From Candidatus Daviesbacteria bacterium (lineage in GTDB: Bacteria > Patescibacteriota > Microgenomatia > Daviesbacterales > UBA10151): DNA of 64,000 nt. Positions within the stretch are counted from its first letter, which is position 1. The number at the start of each line of letters is the position of its first letter. The position numbers were made by a program, and so were the translations under genes. Shown here one piece after another: positions 45,550 to 54,715 of the stretch. Location of the stretch: the NCBI GenBank assembly GCA_016195715.1, contig JACPZA010000029.1, positions 30,493-94,492 of the forward strand, in the 5' to 3' direction. A model generated the notes under the pieces. It had not been told where the DNA came from, made no database searches, and saw only the letters and a list, made by a program, of their open reading frames with translations.

Positions 45550-46140
45550 TTACTTTTCCTCTTTCTCTCTAGCTTGCTTTAACGCTTTTGTCCACCAAAT
45601 TAGCTGATCCAAAAAACTGTCTTTGACTTCACTTAAAGATTCAAATGGACTCAATTTATCATCAGGTTTTTGACTTTTAACTGCCATATAAACTTGAGAA
45701 GGAAGATAAATTGAAGATCTAATTGGAGCCATTTGCAACTCAATTACTACTTGTCTAAGTTGCTCAACAGAACGTGCTCCATTAACACTACCATAACTTA
45801 CAAACCCGACTGCTTTTTTATTCCAAGGATAATAAATATAATCTAGGGCATTTTTTAAAACAGCTGGGTAACCATGATTATATTCCCCAGTTACTATAAT
45901 ATAGCCATCTGCTTCTGAGATTTTTTCAGCCCACTTCTTAACCTCTGTTTTTTCATATTTACCCTGCAAAGCAGCTGGAGACAAAGCCTCATCGTAGTAT
46001 GGAAGCGGGTAATCTCTTAAATCAACTAACTCCACTTTGATATCAGTTCTTTTCTTAGCTTCATTAAATATCCAATGAGCTGGTTTTTCACTAAATCTAT
46101 TTGGACGGGTTGTTCCAATTATAATTTGAATTTTGGTCAT
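45550..46140 (-). CDS. NADPH-dependent FMN reductase
   Basis: GTTRPNR, EYNHGYPAVLKNALD, SYG..NGARSVEQLR. Confidence 0.92.
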   Translation of the reverse strand: MTKIQIIIGTTRPNRFSEKPAHWIFNEAKKRTDIKVELVDLRDYPLPYYDEALSPAALQGKYEKTEVKKWAEKISEADGYIIVTGEYNHGYPAVLKNALDYIYYPWNKKAVGFVSYGSVNGARSVEQLRQVVIELQMAPIRSSIYLPSQVYMAVKSQKPDDKLSPFESLSEVKDSFLDQLIWWTKALKQAREKEEK

Positions 46141-46156
46141 AGTTTGATGTATAATT

Positions 46157-46207
46157 ACTATATATTCTATAGTGCTATAAAAAATATAGTACTATACAAT
46201 TTATAGT
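46157..46207. promoter_or_regulatory. Three tandem 17-bp palindromic operators
   Basis: (A/G)CTATA-N5-TATAGT at 46157, 46174 and 46191. Confidence 0.8.
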
Positions 46208-46528
46208 ATGTCAACTAGTAAAAATAATAAAAAACAAAGCTGCATGAGTGAGGGTTTAAAAATATTGGGAGATTTTTGGACTTTATATATTATTCAAGCT
46301 TTAGAAATTCAAGAAAAAAGATTTTGCCAGTTAGAAAGAGATTTAATCGGGATTAATCCAACCACTTTAACTAATAGATTAAAAAAGTTAGAGCAAGAAA
46401 AAATTATTCAGCGCAGAGAAGAAGTTTTAGATAAGTTATCAGTCAGTTATATTTTAACTGATAAGGGTAAGGCCATTTTACCAATTTTAAAAGAGATTCA
46501 AATTTTTTCTAATAAATTTTTAACTTAA
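46208..46528 (+). CDS. HxlR/DUF24 (YodB/QsrR-like) regulator
   Basis: N-terminal Cys, LGDFWT, RF..L, TLTNRLKKLE, Y.LTDKG. Confidence 0.9.
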   Translation: MSTSKNNKKQSCMSEGLKILGDFWTLYIIQALEIQEKRFCQLERDLIGINPTTLTNRLKKLEQEKIIQRREEVLDKLSVSYILTDKGKAILPILKEIQIFSNKFLT

Positions 46529-47382
46529 ACTATTTGAGATAAATCTATCTGGATTTGATCAGCTCTATAAAATAAACACTGTCTAGCCACAGCATTAGCA
46601 AATCTGCCAGCTTCTTCTATATCCCCATGAGTTTTTCTAAATTGATAAGCAAATGAAGCAGCAAAAATATCTCCTGAGCCAACTGAATCGATAATTTCTT
46701 TGCTAGTTACAGGTATAGTCGGAAGCCAAATTTCTCCGTGTCTGGTTAAGGCTAATGCGCCTCTTTCTGCCATGGTAATAACTACAATCAAGTGCCTCTC
46801 TTTAATCCAATTTTTGGAGAGCTTATATGTATCTGGATGATCTTTTTCCGAAACTACTACCAAATCCATACTAGGCAAAACTTTTTCAGCCTTTTTAAAT
46901 TGTCTAGGGATCACTTGGTTATCTTGATCAAAATCCCGAAACTCTCCCTGAGGTAGTAAAACCCTTAAACTATCCGACTTAGTGGCTGAGGTTAACTCAT
47001 TGTAATATCTTGCCCTAAAATTTGGAAGAAGTGGTGCAAAAAAAATTATATCCGCACTTTTTAATACTCTTCTGACTCCTCTACTGACAAATGGTGGATC
47101 CTGATCTCTATGAAAGGCTCTTTGGATTCTGTCTCCATCTAAAGAAGTAATATTTTCGTACACTAACGTCTGATCAAGATTGGGACTTTTAGGACGGATA
47201 TTTACTCTATCTAAAAATTTTCGGAAATCTGGACCATATGAAGCTATGACCCCAGCGTTTACATCAGGGAATTGTTTGTAAAGTCTATTTATAAACATCG
47301 CCGGACTGCCTGGAGTTTCTCCTTGGGAATGCTCTGAAGTATTTCTATCAATACAAACATGCCCAACAATTTCAACTTTCAC
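46525..47382 (-). CDS. PfkB family carbohydrate kinase
   Basis: GHVCID, ITMAERGA, DSVGSGDIFAA. Confidence 0.85.
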   Translation of the reverse strand: MKVEIVGHVCIDRNTSEHSQGETPGSPAMFINRLYKQFPDVNAGVIASYGPDFRKFLDRVNIRPKSPNLDQTLVYENITSLDGDRIQRAFHRDQDPPFVSRGVRRVLKSADIIFFAPLLPNFRARYYNELTSATKSDSLRVLLPQGEFRDFDQDNQVIPRQFKKAEKVLPSMDLVVVSEKDHPDTYKLSKNWIKERHLIVVITMAERGALALTRHGEIWLPTIPVTSKEIIDSVGSGDIFAASFAYQFRKTHGDIEEAGRFANAVARQCLFYRADQIQIDLSQIV

Positions 47383-47420
47383 TCAGGGGAGTATAACATC
47401 AAATCTAAAAAACTTATAGG

Positions 47421-48494
47421 TTATGTACTGGATGAGTAGATCGGTAACACTTGTTGCTGTGTTTGAAGGTAGTAATTATCAAGGTACTGCAGTGGTGTTT
47501 GGTAGTCAAGGGTTTGATGAGGTCTGTGGGAGTTGTATTCAATTAACCAGTCAGTTAGTTTCTGGTTAAAATCAATTGTGTAGTATGGATCAATGTCAGT
47601 AATTTCCACAAACTCTTCTTGGATAGTTCTGTTAAAGCGCTCTAGAACTGAATTATCCTTGGGAGTATGAGGCCTGGAGAAGTAGTGGGGTAATTTAAGG
47701 GTTCTGCAGGCCACTGAAAACTCCTTTAAAAACTCAGAGCCATTATCTGTATGGATATTAATTATCTGGTTGTCTGTGACATACAAAAGCCTTTCTAGAA
47801 AGTCTTTGGCTGAGGCAGAGGTATGAGTATAAGTGTACAACCTGGCATATGCTAGTTTTGAGACATCATCAATGGCAGTGATTAAATATCTGTATCCACC
47901 CTCAGCAAGGGTTAAAATCACTGTATCAACATGCCACAAGTGATTGACTTTGTTTTCCTTAACTAGCTTGGTAATTTTCATCCTTTTAATGGAAATTAGC
48001 TTCCTTTTTCTCCTTTTAAAGATAGTTGGTTTGTCAAAGTATAGTTCATTCTCCTCAATAACCTTCTGGATTTTCCATGAGCTAATCTGTTCTCCATAAT
48101 CTTGTTGGTAAATACTCACCAGTTTCATCTTGCCATAGCTAGGATATTTTTCTCTTAAGTGCCTGATCCTTGTCCTTTGGATCAAATTAATCTGTCTGGT
48201 TCTGGTTTTGTGAGGAGCAGTAGTAATCTCTTCCAGGGTAGCTAATTGATTCCTTTTAAATCTTTTTAACCATTTATGGATTGTTTTTCTGGTAATTCCA
48301 AACTGTGAGGCTGTTGCTGAAGCGTTCTCTTTCCCCTGTGTGTAATAATATATTATCCATTCCAGTTTTAACTGAGCCTGAGGACTAATTTCCTTCTGAG
48401 CTTTTTGTCTGATCTGGTGCCAATTGGGTTTGAGTCTTTCCTGATCTTTGTCCCGGAAGAAATACATCTGGTATGTTTTGCGTTTTCTGGGCAT
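47421..48494 (-). CDS. DDE (rve) transposase, IS481-like
   Basis: HTH; WHVD, TDNGSEF, ERFNRT..EEF, YN.HRPH. Confidence 0.93.
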   Translation of the reverse strand: MPRKRKTYQMYFFRDKDQERLKPNWHQIRQKAQKEISPQAQLKLEWIIYYYTQGKENASATASQFGITRKTIHKWLKRFKRNQLATLEEITTAPHKTRTRQINLIQRTRIRHLREKYPSYGKMKLVSIYQQDYGEQISSWKIQKVIEENELYFDKPTIFKRRKRKLISIKRMKITKLVKENKVNHLWHVDTVILTLAEGGYRYLITAIDDVSKLAYARLYTYTHTSASAKDFLERLLYVTDNQIINIHTDNGSEFLKEFSVACRTLKLPHYFSRPHTPKDNSVLERFNRTIQEEFVEITDIDPYYTIDFNQKLTDWLIEYNSHRPHQTLDYQTPLQYLDNYYLQTQQQVLPIYSSST

Positions 48495-48563
48495 CGGTTA
48501 AAGTCACCTCCTTCGGTAAAAATTCTACCTTAAGTGTGTAACCGATGTATCTCATCTTCTGCA
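47424..48563 (-). mobile_element. IS481-family insertion sequence, 1140 bp, 5-bp TSD GGTTA
   Basis: Imperfect IRs TGTACTGGATGAGTAGATCGGTAACAC / TGCAGAAGATGAGATACATCGGTTACAC; GGTTA at 47419-47423 and 48564-48568. Confidence 0.85.
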
Positions 48564-49164
48564 GGTTATTTAAACTTTTCCAAAGAACTCTAGCAGCATG
48601 AGTTTTATATGGACTCCATTTAGCAACTATTTTTTCTATTTGCTCTTTAGTGGGATTTTCTAATTTATAAAGCTTTTTTAAGGCATTTTTTAACCCTAAA
48701 TCGCCATAAGAAAATATATCTTCCCTTCCCAAACTAAACATTAAAAACATCTCTGCAGTCCATTTACCAATCCCTTTAACTTTAGTTAGTTGTTCAATCA
48801 CCTGTTCATCATCCAATACTTTTAGTTTACTTAAATCAAGCTCCTTAGAAATTAACTTTTCTGCCAAATCTTTCAGGTATTTAATTTTAGGGAAAGATGT
48901 GCCAGTAGTTCTAATCTGATCATCAGACAGCTTTAACAAATCTTTGGGATCAATGATTTCTCTTTTAAATAACTTTTTAAATCTGGCTAAAATGGTATTT
49001 GAAACTTTAACTGAGAGTTGTTGAGAGATAATTGAATCTACTAGGTCTAAAAAATATCCACTTTCGTCTCTAATTTTAAGTGGCTCAAGTTTATCTAATT
49101 TTTTAATAACAGAATACAAAGTCCTATCGACTTTTTTAAAGTGTTTACGAATCTTTGGATCCAT
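48385..49164 (-). CDS. DNA-3-methyladenine glycosylase II (AlkA/HhH-GPD) with IS-derived C-terminal extension
   Basis: IISQQLS, VKGIGKWTAEMFLMFSLGR.D...GDLG, WSPYKT. Confidence 0.9.
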   Translation of the reverse strand: MDPKIRKHFKKVDRTLYSVIKKLDKLEPLKIRDESGYFLDLVDSIISQQLSVKVSNTILARFKKLFKREIIDPKDLLKLSDDQIRTTGTSFPKIKYLKDLAEKLISKELDLSKLKVLDDEQVIEQLTKVKGIGKWTAEMFLMFSLGREDIFSYGDLGLKNALKKLYKLENPTKEQIEKIVAKWSPYKTHAARVLWKSLNNLQKMRYIGYTLKVEFLPKEVTLTDAQKTQNIPDVFLPGQRSGKTQTQLAPDQTKSSEGN

Positions 49165-49177
49165 GAAAACTAATCAG

Positions 49178-49552
49178 TTAAGACTCTCTAACTTGAACAA
49201 TTTGGAAATAGTTTCCATCAATGTCCTCATAAGTTTGAATCTTGCCATAACCTTCAATATGGTGTAAGGTACCCACCTTTTTAACTCCAGCTCTATCTAG
49301 CCTTTCAATCTCTGATTCTATCTTATCCACCTCCAAATTAAACATAATTCTCTCTGGCTCCTTGGATTTACCATGAACTTCTGAGTGATGAACTATATAA
49401 AGCTTCATCTCATCAAAGCCAAACATTGGTTCATTTTTCTCCCCCATTTCAGCTTCCAGAGTTTGTTTTAAACCTACTTTTTCTCTATAAAACTCAGCTA
49501 ATTTAGTAGGATCTTCACTAAAAATTGTTAAACTTTCAAAACCTCTAAACAT
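49178..49552 (-). CDS. VOC/glyoxalase family protein
   Basis: LAEFYREKVG...EDIDGNYFQ; ATG 49552 follows AAGGAGGTGA. Confidence 0.85.
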   Translation of the reverse strand: MFRGFESLTIFSEDPTKLAEFYREKVGLKQTLEAEMGEKNEPMFGFDEMKLYIVHHSEVHGKSKEPERIMFNLEVDKIESEIERLDRAGVKKVGTLHHIEGYGKIQTYEDIDGNYFQIVQVRES

Positions 49553-49635
49553 TTTCTTCACCTCCTTTAGTCCACTGTAGCTTTATGCGAAAGGGACTTT
49601 TTTCTAACCTTAGTTTAACTTTATTTAAAATAAAT

Positions 49636-50514
49636 TCAAGAGTTAGTATTTTTTAACCAATTCAAAATTAAATCAGTAACCTCTTGCTCATGATTAAAAT
49701 AACTGTGTGGAGCGTCCTTAATAACTTCTATATCAAACTTGGGACAATTTTTAGCTTTGGATTTAATAATTTCTAAAGCTTCTTTTGGAGTTTTAGTTAT
49801 ACAAATATCATCACCTGTTCCAAAAAAAGCTAAAGTTGGGATTTTAATACTCTCCAAAGCAATCGATCTAGTGTGCTTGGCGTAAGTATTAAAAATGTCA
49901 ATTGAATTTCCTCTAGTAACAAAGTTCAAATAAGTACTTGCTGATAAGTATGCCCAGTCTCCTAGTACTTTTGGAAAAATTTCTTCACCTTTTCCCTCAC
50001 TAACCCTTTTTTTAGAGAGTTCTGCTGTTTGCTTGCTTCCAGACCATCTTTCTATCATGCCCACCATATCAGTTGGAGAAGCTAAACTTAAATTTTTAAC
50101 CCTTTTATCTTTAGTTTCAGATAAGTAATAAACTACTTTTGAACAACCTAAACTGTGTCCTTGCAAAGTAATTTGAGAAAACTTTTTTGCTGCAAAATCC
50201 ATCCAACATTTGATATCCAAAACACATTCTTCAAACTTCTCAAAAACATTACCGATTCTAATATCATCTTCCTTATCTCCGGCAATTGGAAAATCTGCTA
50301 TGTAATCATGACCTCTGGTATTAACAGCTAAAAAAGCATAACCATTCTTTGTAAAAGTTTTGGCCATGTAATCTAGGAACCTATTTTCATAAAAATTTCC
50401 CGCCATGCCATGAATATGTAAAATTAGTTTGTTAGTTTTCTGCTCAGGTTCATAAAGCAAACCCTGTAGAATTAAATTATCTGAAGTAGTTTGGCGATGA
50501 AATGATGTCTTCAT
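49636..50514 (-). CDS. Alpha/beta hydrolase (DUF1749-like)
   Basis: HIHGMAGNFY, GHSLG, G..D, APH. Confidence 0.88.
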   Translation of the reverse strand: MKTSFHRQTTSDNLILQGLLYEPEQKTNKLILHIHGMAGNFYENRFLDYMAKTFTKNGYAFLAVNTRGHDYIADFPIAGDKEDDIRIGNVFEKFEECVLDIKCWMDFAAKKFSQITLQGHSLGCSKVVYYLSETKDKRVKNLSLASPTDMVGMIERWSGSKQTAELSKKRVSEGKGEEIFPKVLGDWAYLSASTYLNFVTRGNSIDIFNTYAKHTRSIALESIKIPTLAFFGTGDDICITKTPKEALEIIKSKAKNCPKFDIEVIKDAPHSYFNHEQEVTDLILNWLKNTNS

Positions 50515-50551
50515 GCCAGAAATATAGCACTTTTGCTCTTACATTAAAACC

Positions 50552-51388
50552 TTATTGGCAAATAGCATTAATAGCAGATATATCTTCACTTGAAGCAATA
50601 GTTGTTTGAGTAGTGTAGGGAAACATAATAGCTTTTGGGTCTTGAATATGTTCTAAACCTAAGGCATGACCAAACTCATGAGCTAAAGTGTGAATTAATT
50701 CATTTTGAGAATTGTCAAAATAAATATCAATTTCTGATTTATTTGGATCAAAAATTCCCTCTTCTGGCTTATATTGCAAGGCATAGTTAAAATTAGAAAT
50801 AGATTGATTTAAGCTATTTACTTCTGAGTTATATGAAACAGTTGAGTGATGTAGAGTTTTAGCTAGCTGATTAATTTGACTCACTTCTTGCCTCAGTGCA
50901 TTTTGCTGACTAATAATTGAGTTATAAACATCTTTTGGCGCACCACCTTTGCTATTCCACTCTCTAATTTGGGCATTTAAAGAAGCAGCTTTAGCATTAA
51001 AATCTGCAACTAAACTAGCATATTGAGCTTCCAGCTCATTAATTGAGCTTTTGCTATTTTGTAAATCTGACTCTTTGGAATTAATATTATTTTCCAAAGC
51101 TTGTCTTTGGTCATAAATCATATTGATGGTTAAAGATCCATTAGGGTCATAAATAAATAGTTGCTTGCCTTCAGCGCCGCTCCAAACACTTGCAGCTTGG
51201 GCTAAATCTGCTTGAAATTGACTGTCTGATAAATTAAACCTTGAATCAAGGGAGCCAATTTTATAGTGAATTGGACTGTTACATGGATTTTGATGCAGCA
51301 ACTCGCTAATCTTTTTAGGAAAAGGTTGATTTAAGCTGCCAAAAAAGACCAAAACAAAAACAACTAAAGCTAAAAGTAAACTGGTCAT
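50552..51388 (-). CDS. Matrixin family metalloprotease with coiled-coil insert
   Basis: HEFGHALGLEH...AIM Met-turn. Confidence 0.88.
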   Translation of the reverse strand: MTSLLLALVVFVLVFFGSLNQPFPKKISELLHQNPCNSPIHYKIGSLDSRFNLSDSQFQADLAQAASVWSGAEGKQLFIYDPNGSLTINMIYDQRQALENNINSKESDLQNSKSSINELEAQYASLVADFNAKAASLNAQIREWNSKGGAPKDVYNSIISQQNALRQEVSQINQLAKTLHHSTVSYNSEVNSLNQSISNFNYALQYKPEEGIFDPNKSEIDIYFDNSQNELIHTLAHEFGHALGLEHIQDPKAIMFPYTTQTTIASSEDISAINAICQ

Positions 51389-51431
51389 ATCTTTAATTAA
51401 ACCAAATTTGCTTAAGAAAATGTTAAGAAAT

Positions 51432-51465
51432 AAAAAATCCCGCCCCTTTGACTAGGCGGGATTTT
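51432..51465. terminator. Intrinsic terminator
   Basis: AAAATCCCGCC-N10-GGCGGGATTTT. Confidence 0.8.
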
Positions 51466-51487
51466 ACTTTAAATAATACCCAAAATT

Positions 51488-51706
51488 TTATCTTTTACCC
51501 TTAGCGCTACAAATCTTACAATCATTCATGTGAGTAGCTAAAATATAAACTCCAGAAGCCCCAATTAAAACATAAACTAAACTTTCCAGGGATGGAACTG
51601 AACCAAACACCGTAGCTACTAAATTAAATCCAAACAGACCAACTAACCCCCAATTTATTGCTCCTACTGCCATGAGCAAAAATGTCACCATGTGAAGTTG
51701 TTTTAT
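51488..51706 (-). CDS. DUF378 family membrane protein (start probably ATA 51706)
   Basis: GAINWGLVGLFGFNLV...VYVLIGASG. Confidence 0.85.
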   Translation of the reverse strand: MKQLHMVTFLLMAVGAINWGLVGLFGFNLVATVFGSVPSLESLVYVLIGASGVYILATHMNDCKICSAKGKR

Positions 51707-51776
51707 AGAAATCACCTCCTAATTTTAAATACTAGTTTAGTGTATTCACAAAATTAGGAGGTTAGCAAGAGGCAGT

Positions 51777-51956
51777 TTACTCTTCTGTTAAACCACTATC
51801 TTCCTCCATGCCTGGATTAGAAGACTTATTTGGGTTAGTTTCTTGATCTTCATCTGCAACCCTACCTATTTCACTATAATATTCCTCTTGATTTTGCTCT
51901 TCTTTGGCTGTTTGTTTGCTCTTTTCTCTAGTTTGTTTTTTTTGATCCTCGATCAA
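51777..51956 (-). CDS. Small acidic hydrophilic protein
   Basis: GGGGGTGA SD then TTG; EYYSEIGR resembles stress-protein repeat unit. Confidence 0.5.
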   Translation of the reverse strand: MIEDQKKQTREKSKQTAKEEQNQEEYYSEIGRVADEDQETNPNKSSNPGMEEDSGLTEE

Positions 51957-52070
51957 TTTTCTCACCCCCTTTTAGTTCTAATTAAATAGAATAAGGCAAC
52001 TAATTAAGATGCAAACAAAAACTGAGTAAGGATTGAGCAAGAAAGCTTTAACTTTGCTATTATTTGGCAA

Positions 52071-52619
52071 ATGAAAAAATATTCAAATGGAGTTGTCGTT
52101 GGCAGATTTCAACCCTTTCATAAAGGGCATTTAGATTATGTTTTAAAAGCACTAAAAGAAACTGAAAATTTATATATTGGAATTACCACTCCTGGAAAAA
52201 AACCTACTCAATATGAACCAGTAAGTCCAGAAAGATTTGGTAAAAAGAATAATCCCTTTACATTTAAAGAGAGGAAAGCGATGATCGCTCAAAGCTTGCT
52301 GGATGAAAAAATAGACCTAAAAAGAATTAAGTTTGTCCATTACCAACCAGCTAATACAAAGTCATGGTTTAAAAAAGTTCCCAAAAATGCAGTTTATTTC
52401 TTATTACTACTTTCTCAAAGTGAAGATGTAAAAGTTAAAGCTATGCAAGCCCAAGGATTAGAAGTAATAGTTTTAGAAACTAAGTCAGAAAGGTCTCACC
52501 AAGGATTTGATATTCGCCAAAAAATTTTAGCTGGTGAAACTTGGGAAAATTTAGTTCCCATGGCTGTTGAAAAGATATTAAAAAAACTAGATCTTTTGGA
52601 GCGTTTGAAAATTGAGTAG
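52071..52619 (+). CDS. Cytidyltransferase-like / NMN adenylyltransferase family
   Basis: GRFQPFHKGH, NPFTFKER, WENLVP. Confidence 0.85.
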   Translation: MKKYSNGVVVGRFQPFHKGHLDYVLKALKETENLYIGITTPGKKPTQYEPVSPERFGKKNNPFTFKERKAMIAQSLLDEKIDLKRIKFVHYQPANTKSWFKKVPKNAVYFLLLLSQSEDVKVKAMQAQGLEVIVLETKSERSHQGFDIRQKILAGETWENLVPMAVEKILKKLDLLERLKIE

Positions 52620-52643
52620 GGATAAGCTAAAGTTATAGTTGTT

Positions 52644-54221
52644 ATGGATGAGTACCAAAAAAACTTAACTCCCCTAGCTGAATATTTACTGTCTGAGCTT
52701 GATAAAAACCAGACTCCGAATCATGACCGGAAATTATCAGTTAATCCAGTTGTTTCAGAGGTGGCTACTTGGTATGAAAAATTCAGAAATGCTATGGATA
52801 ATAGAGAAGATGATGTTTTACTTAGAGCAGCTATTGAGCGAATTTTAAAAAGACGTCTTTTGCTTGGGGGAACAGGTCAAGGTGTAGCCCAACCTTTAAT
52901 TAGAGAGTTACTTTGGGCACGCTATTTTCCTGAGGCAACCTTACCTGAATCAACAATTAATCAAGTTGAACAGGTCATAGATCATTATCTAAAGTTGCAA
53001 CACAAAGTTTTAAATAAACACAAAATTAATCGAAATACCTTACATGAATGGATAATGCAATTGATGTCAGCAGAAATTGAGCATGTTTTAAACCCTAATC
53101 CAGAAAAAGAGTTGATGTCTAATTTTATGTTTCAAACTTATCGCAGCGCGATTCTTATTGCTGATGATAGTGAAGAAGTTCGTGATGTTCAAGTTTTTAT
53201 AGCTGTCCATCGTACCTTTGCCAAAGAAGACTTAGCTCTACTTCGCTACAATCTTTTTAATCAACTGTTCGGTAAAGTTACAGTAGAAAATATTGAGAAA
53301 ATCTCTGATAATTTTGTGACTGGCATTAAAGAGATTGAAAGTCAGTTAAGCTATTCACTTAAAGATAAGATCTATACTTTTATAAAAAGACAAACAGTAC
53401 CTTTTTTTATTTTGGAAGATGTTTTTAGAGCTAACAAAGGCAGAAACAAGCAACTTGTTTCAAATTTAAGTCAGTTTAATGTTTCAATCTTAGACTCGTG
53501 CTCGCAAAAATATAAAGGAATCAAAGCTAAAGTCCAGCGCGCTATTGTTCGAGGTGTAATTTTTATTTTTGTTACCAAAGCTGTTTTTGCACTAGCAGTT
53601 GAAGGAACATATGAAAGTTTAATTTATGGACAAATAATCTGGTCCTCTATTGCTTTAAACACCTTAATCCCACCAGTTTTAATGATTATTGTAGGTTTAC
53701 TTATAAAAACACCTGATAAAGAAAACTCAATTCGGATTGCTGAGCGAATTCATAGTATTTTATTTTCCTACTCCCCAGTTGCAGAGCCACTCACTTTGAA
53801 AAAAGCTCCTGCAAAAACCAATCCACTCCTTATGGGTATGTTTATTTTGCTTTGGTTACTAGCTTTTGGGGTTGGATTTGGCTCAATAATTTTTGTTTTG
53901 ACTATGCTTCACTTTAATCTAATTAGCCAAGCAGTTTTTCTTTTCTTTTTGACAATAGTTTCATTTATCTCCTTTAGAATTAATCAAACTGCCCACATTT
54001 ACTCTATCTCTGATAATAAGCAGAATTTTAAATCAGTTTTATTTGATTTTTTCTTTATGCCTTTTATTCAGCTCGGCAGGAGATTAACTGAAGATATTTC
54101 TAAAATAAATATCTTTTTATTTGTTTTTGATTTTATTATTGAAGCTCCTTTTAAAGGTATTTTTGCTTTTTTTGAACAGTGGTTTTATTACCTTAGAACT
54201 CAAAGAGAAAAACTTGGATGA
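52644..54221 (+). CDS. Hypothetical membrane protein
   Basis: 525 aa; YEKFRNA...LRAAIERILKRR; C-terminal TM helices. Confidence 0.75.
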   Translation: MDEYQKNLTPLAEYLLSELDKNQTPNHDRKLSVNPVVSEVATWYEKFRNAMDNREDDVLLRAAIERILKRRLLLGGTGQGVAQPLIRELLWARYFPEATLPESTINQVEQVIDHYLKLQHKVLNKHKINRNTLHEWIMQLMSAEIEHVLNPNPEKELMSNFMFQTYRSAILIADDSEEVRDVQVFIAVHRTFAKEDLALLRYNLFNQLFGKVTVENIEKISDNFVTGIKEIESQLSYSLKDKIYTFIKRQTVPFFILEDVFRANKGRNKQLVSNLSQFNVSILDSCSQKYKGIKAKVQRAIVRGVIFIFVTKAVFALAVEGTYESLIYGQIIWSSIALNTLIPPVLMIIVGLLIKTPDKENSIRIAERIHSILFSYSPVAEPLTLKKAPAKTNPLLMGMFILLWLLAFGVGFGSIIFVLTMLHFNLISQAVFLFFLTIVSFISFRINQTAHIYSISDNKQNFKSVLFDFFFMPFIQLGRRLTEDISKINIFLFVFDFIIEAPFKGIFAFFEQWFYYLRTQREKLG

Positions 54222-54715
54222 TCGCTTTTGGACATACCGGTGCTGGAGCAAGCATTGGACTTTTAGGTTATTCATTATACAAAGACTCAAACCCAATTTT
54301 AGGTTTGGGTTATACAGCTGGTTTGGGGATAATTTCTCACTATATTTTAGATTTTGTACCTCATGGACATTTTGTTAAACCAGCCAAACTGCATAAATAT
54401 TTAATACCTATCTTAGTTGGAGATGTCTTTTTAAGTGTTTTAATTTTCTTAGGAGCTGATTTTCTGAAGGAAGGACTAACTTTGCGATTTTTATATATTT
54501 TATTTGGAATTGGCGGCTCACTTTTACCAGATATAGTAGATGGATTAATGGAAATAAAATATCTTCCCAGGAATTTGTTATTTAAAATAGAATATGGCTT
54601 TCATAAAGGACTACATTGGCATGGTAAAGATGGAAAGACCAGATTGCTAGATTTTATTGATATTTGGCAAATTGCACTAATACTTTATTCATTATTTTTA
54701 ATGTTAAAAACTTAA
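54218..54715 (+). CDS. Membrane protein, metal-dependent hydrolase-like
   Basis: H...SHYILDFVPH, LLPD, FH...HWH. Confidence 0.65.
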   Translation: MIAFGHTGAGASIGLLGYSLYKDSNPILGLGYTAGLGIISHYILDFVPHGHFVKPAKLHKYLIPILVGDVFLSVLIFLGADFLKEGLTLRFLYILFGIGGSLLPDIVDGLMEIKYLPRNLLFKIEYGFHKGLHWHGKDGKTRLLDFIDIWQIALILYSLFLMLKT

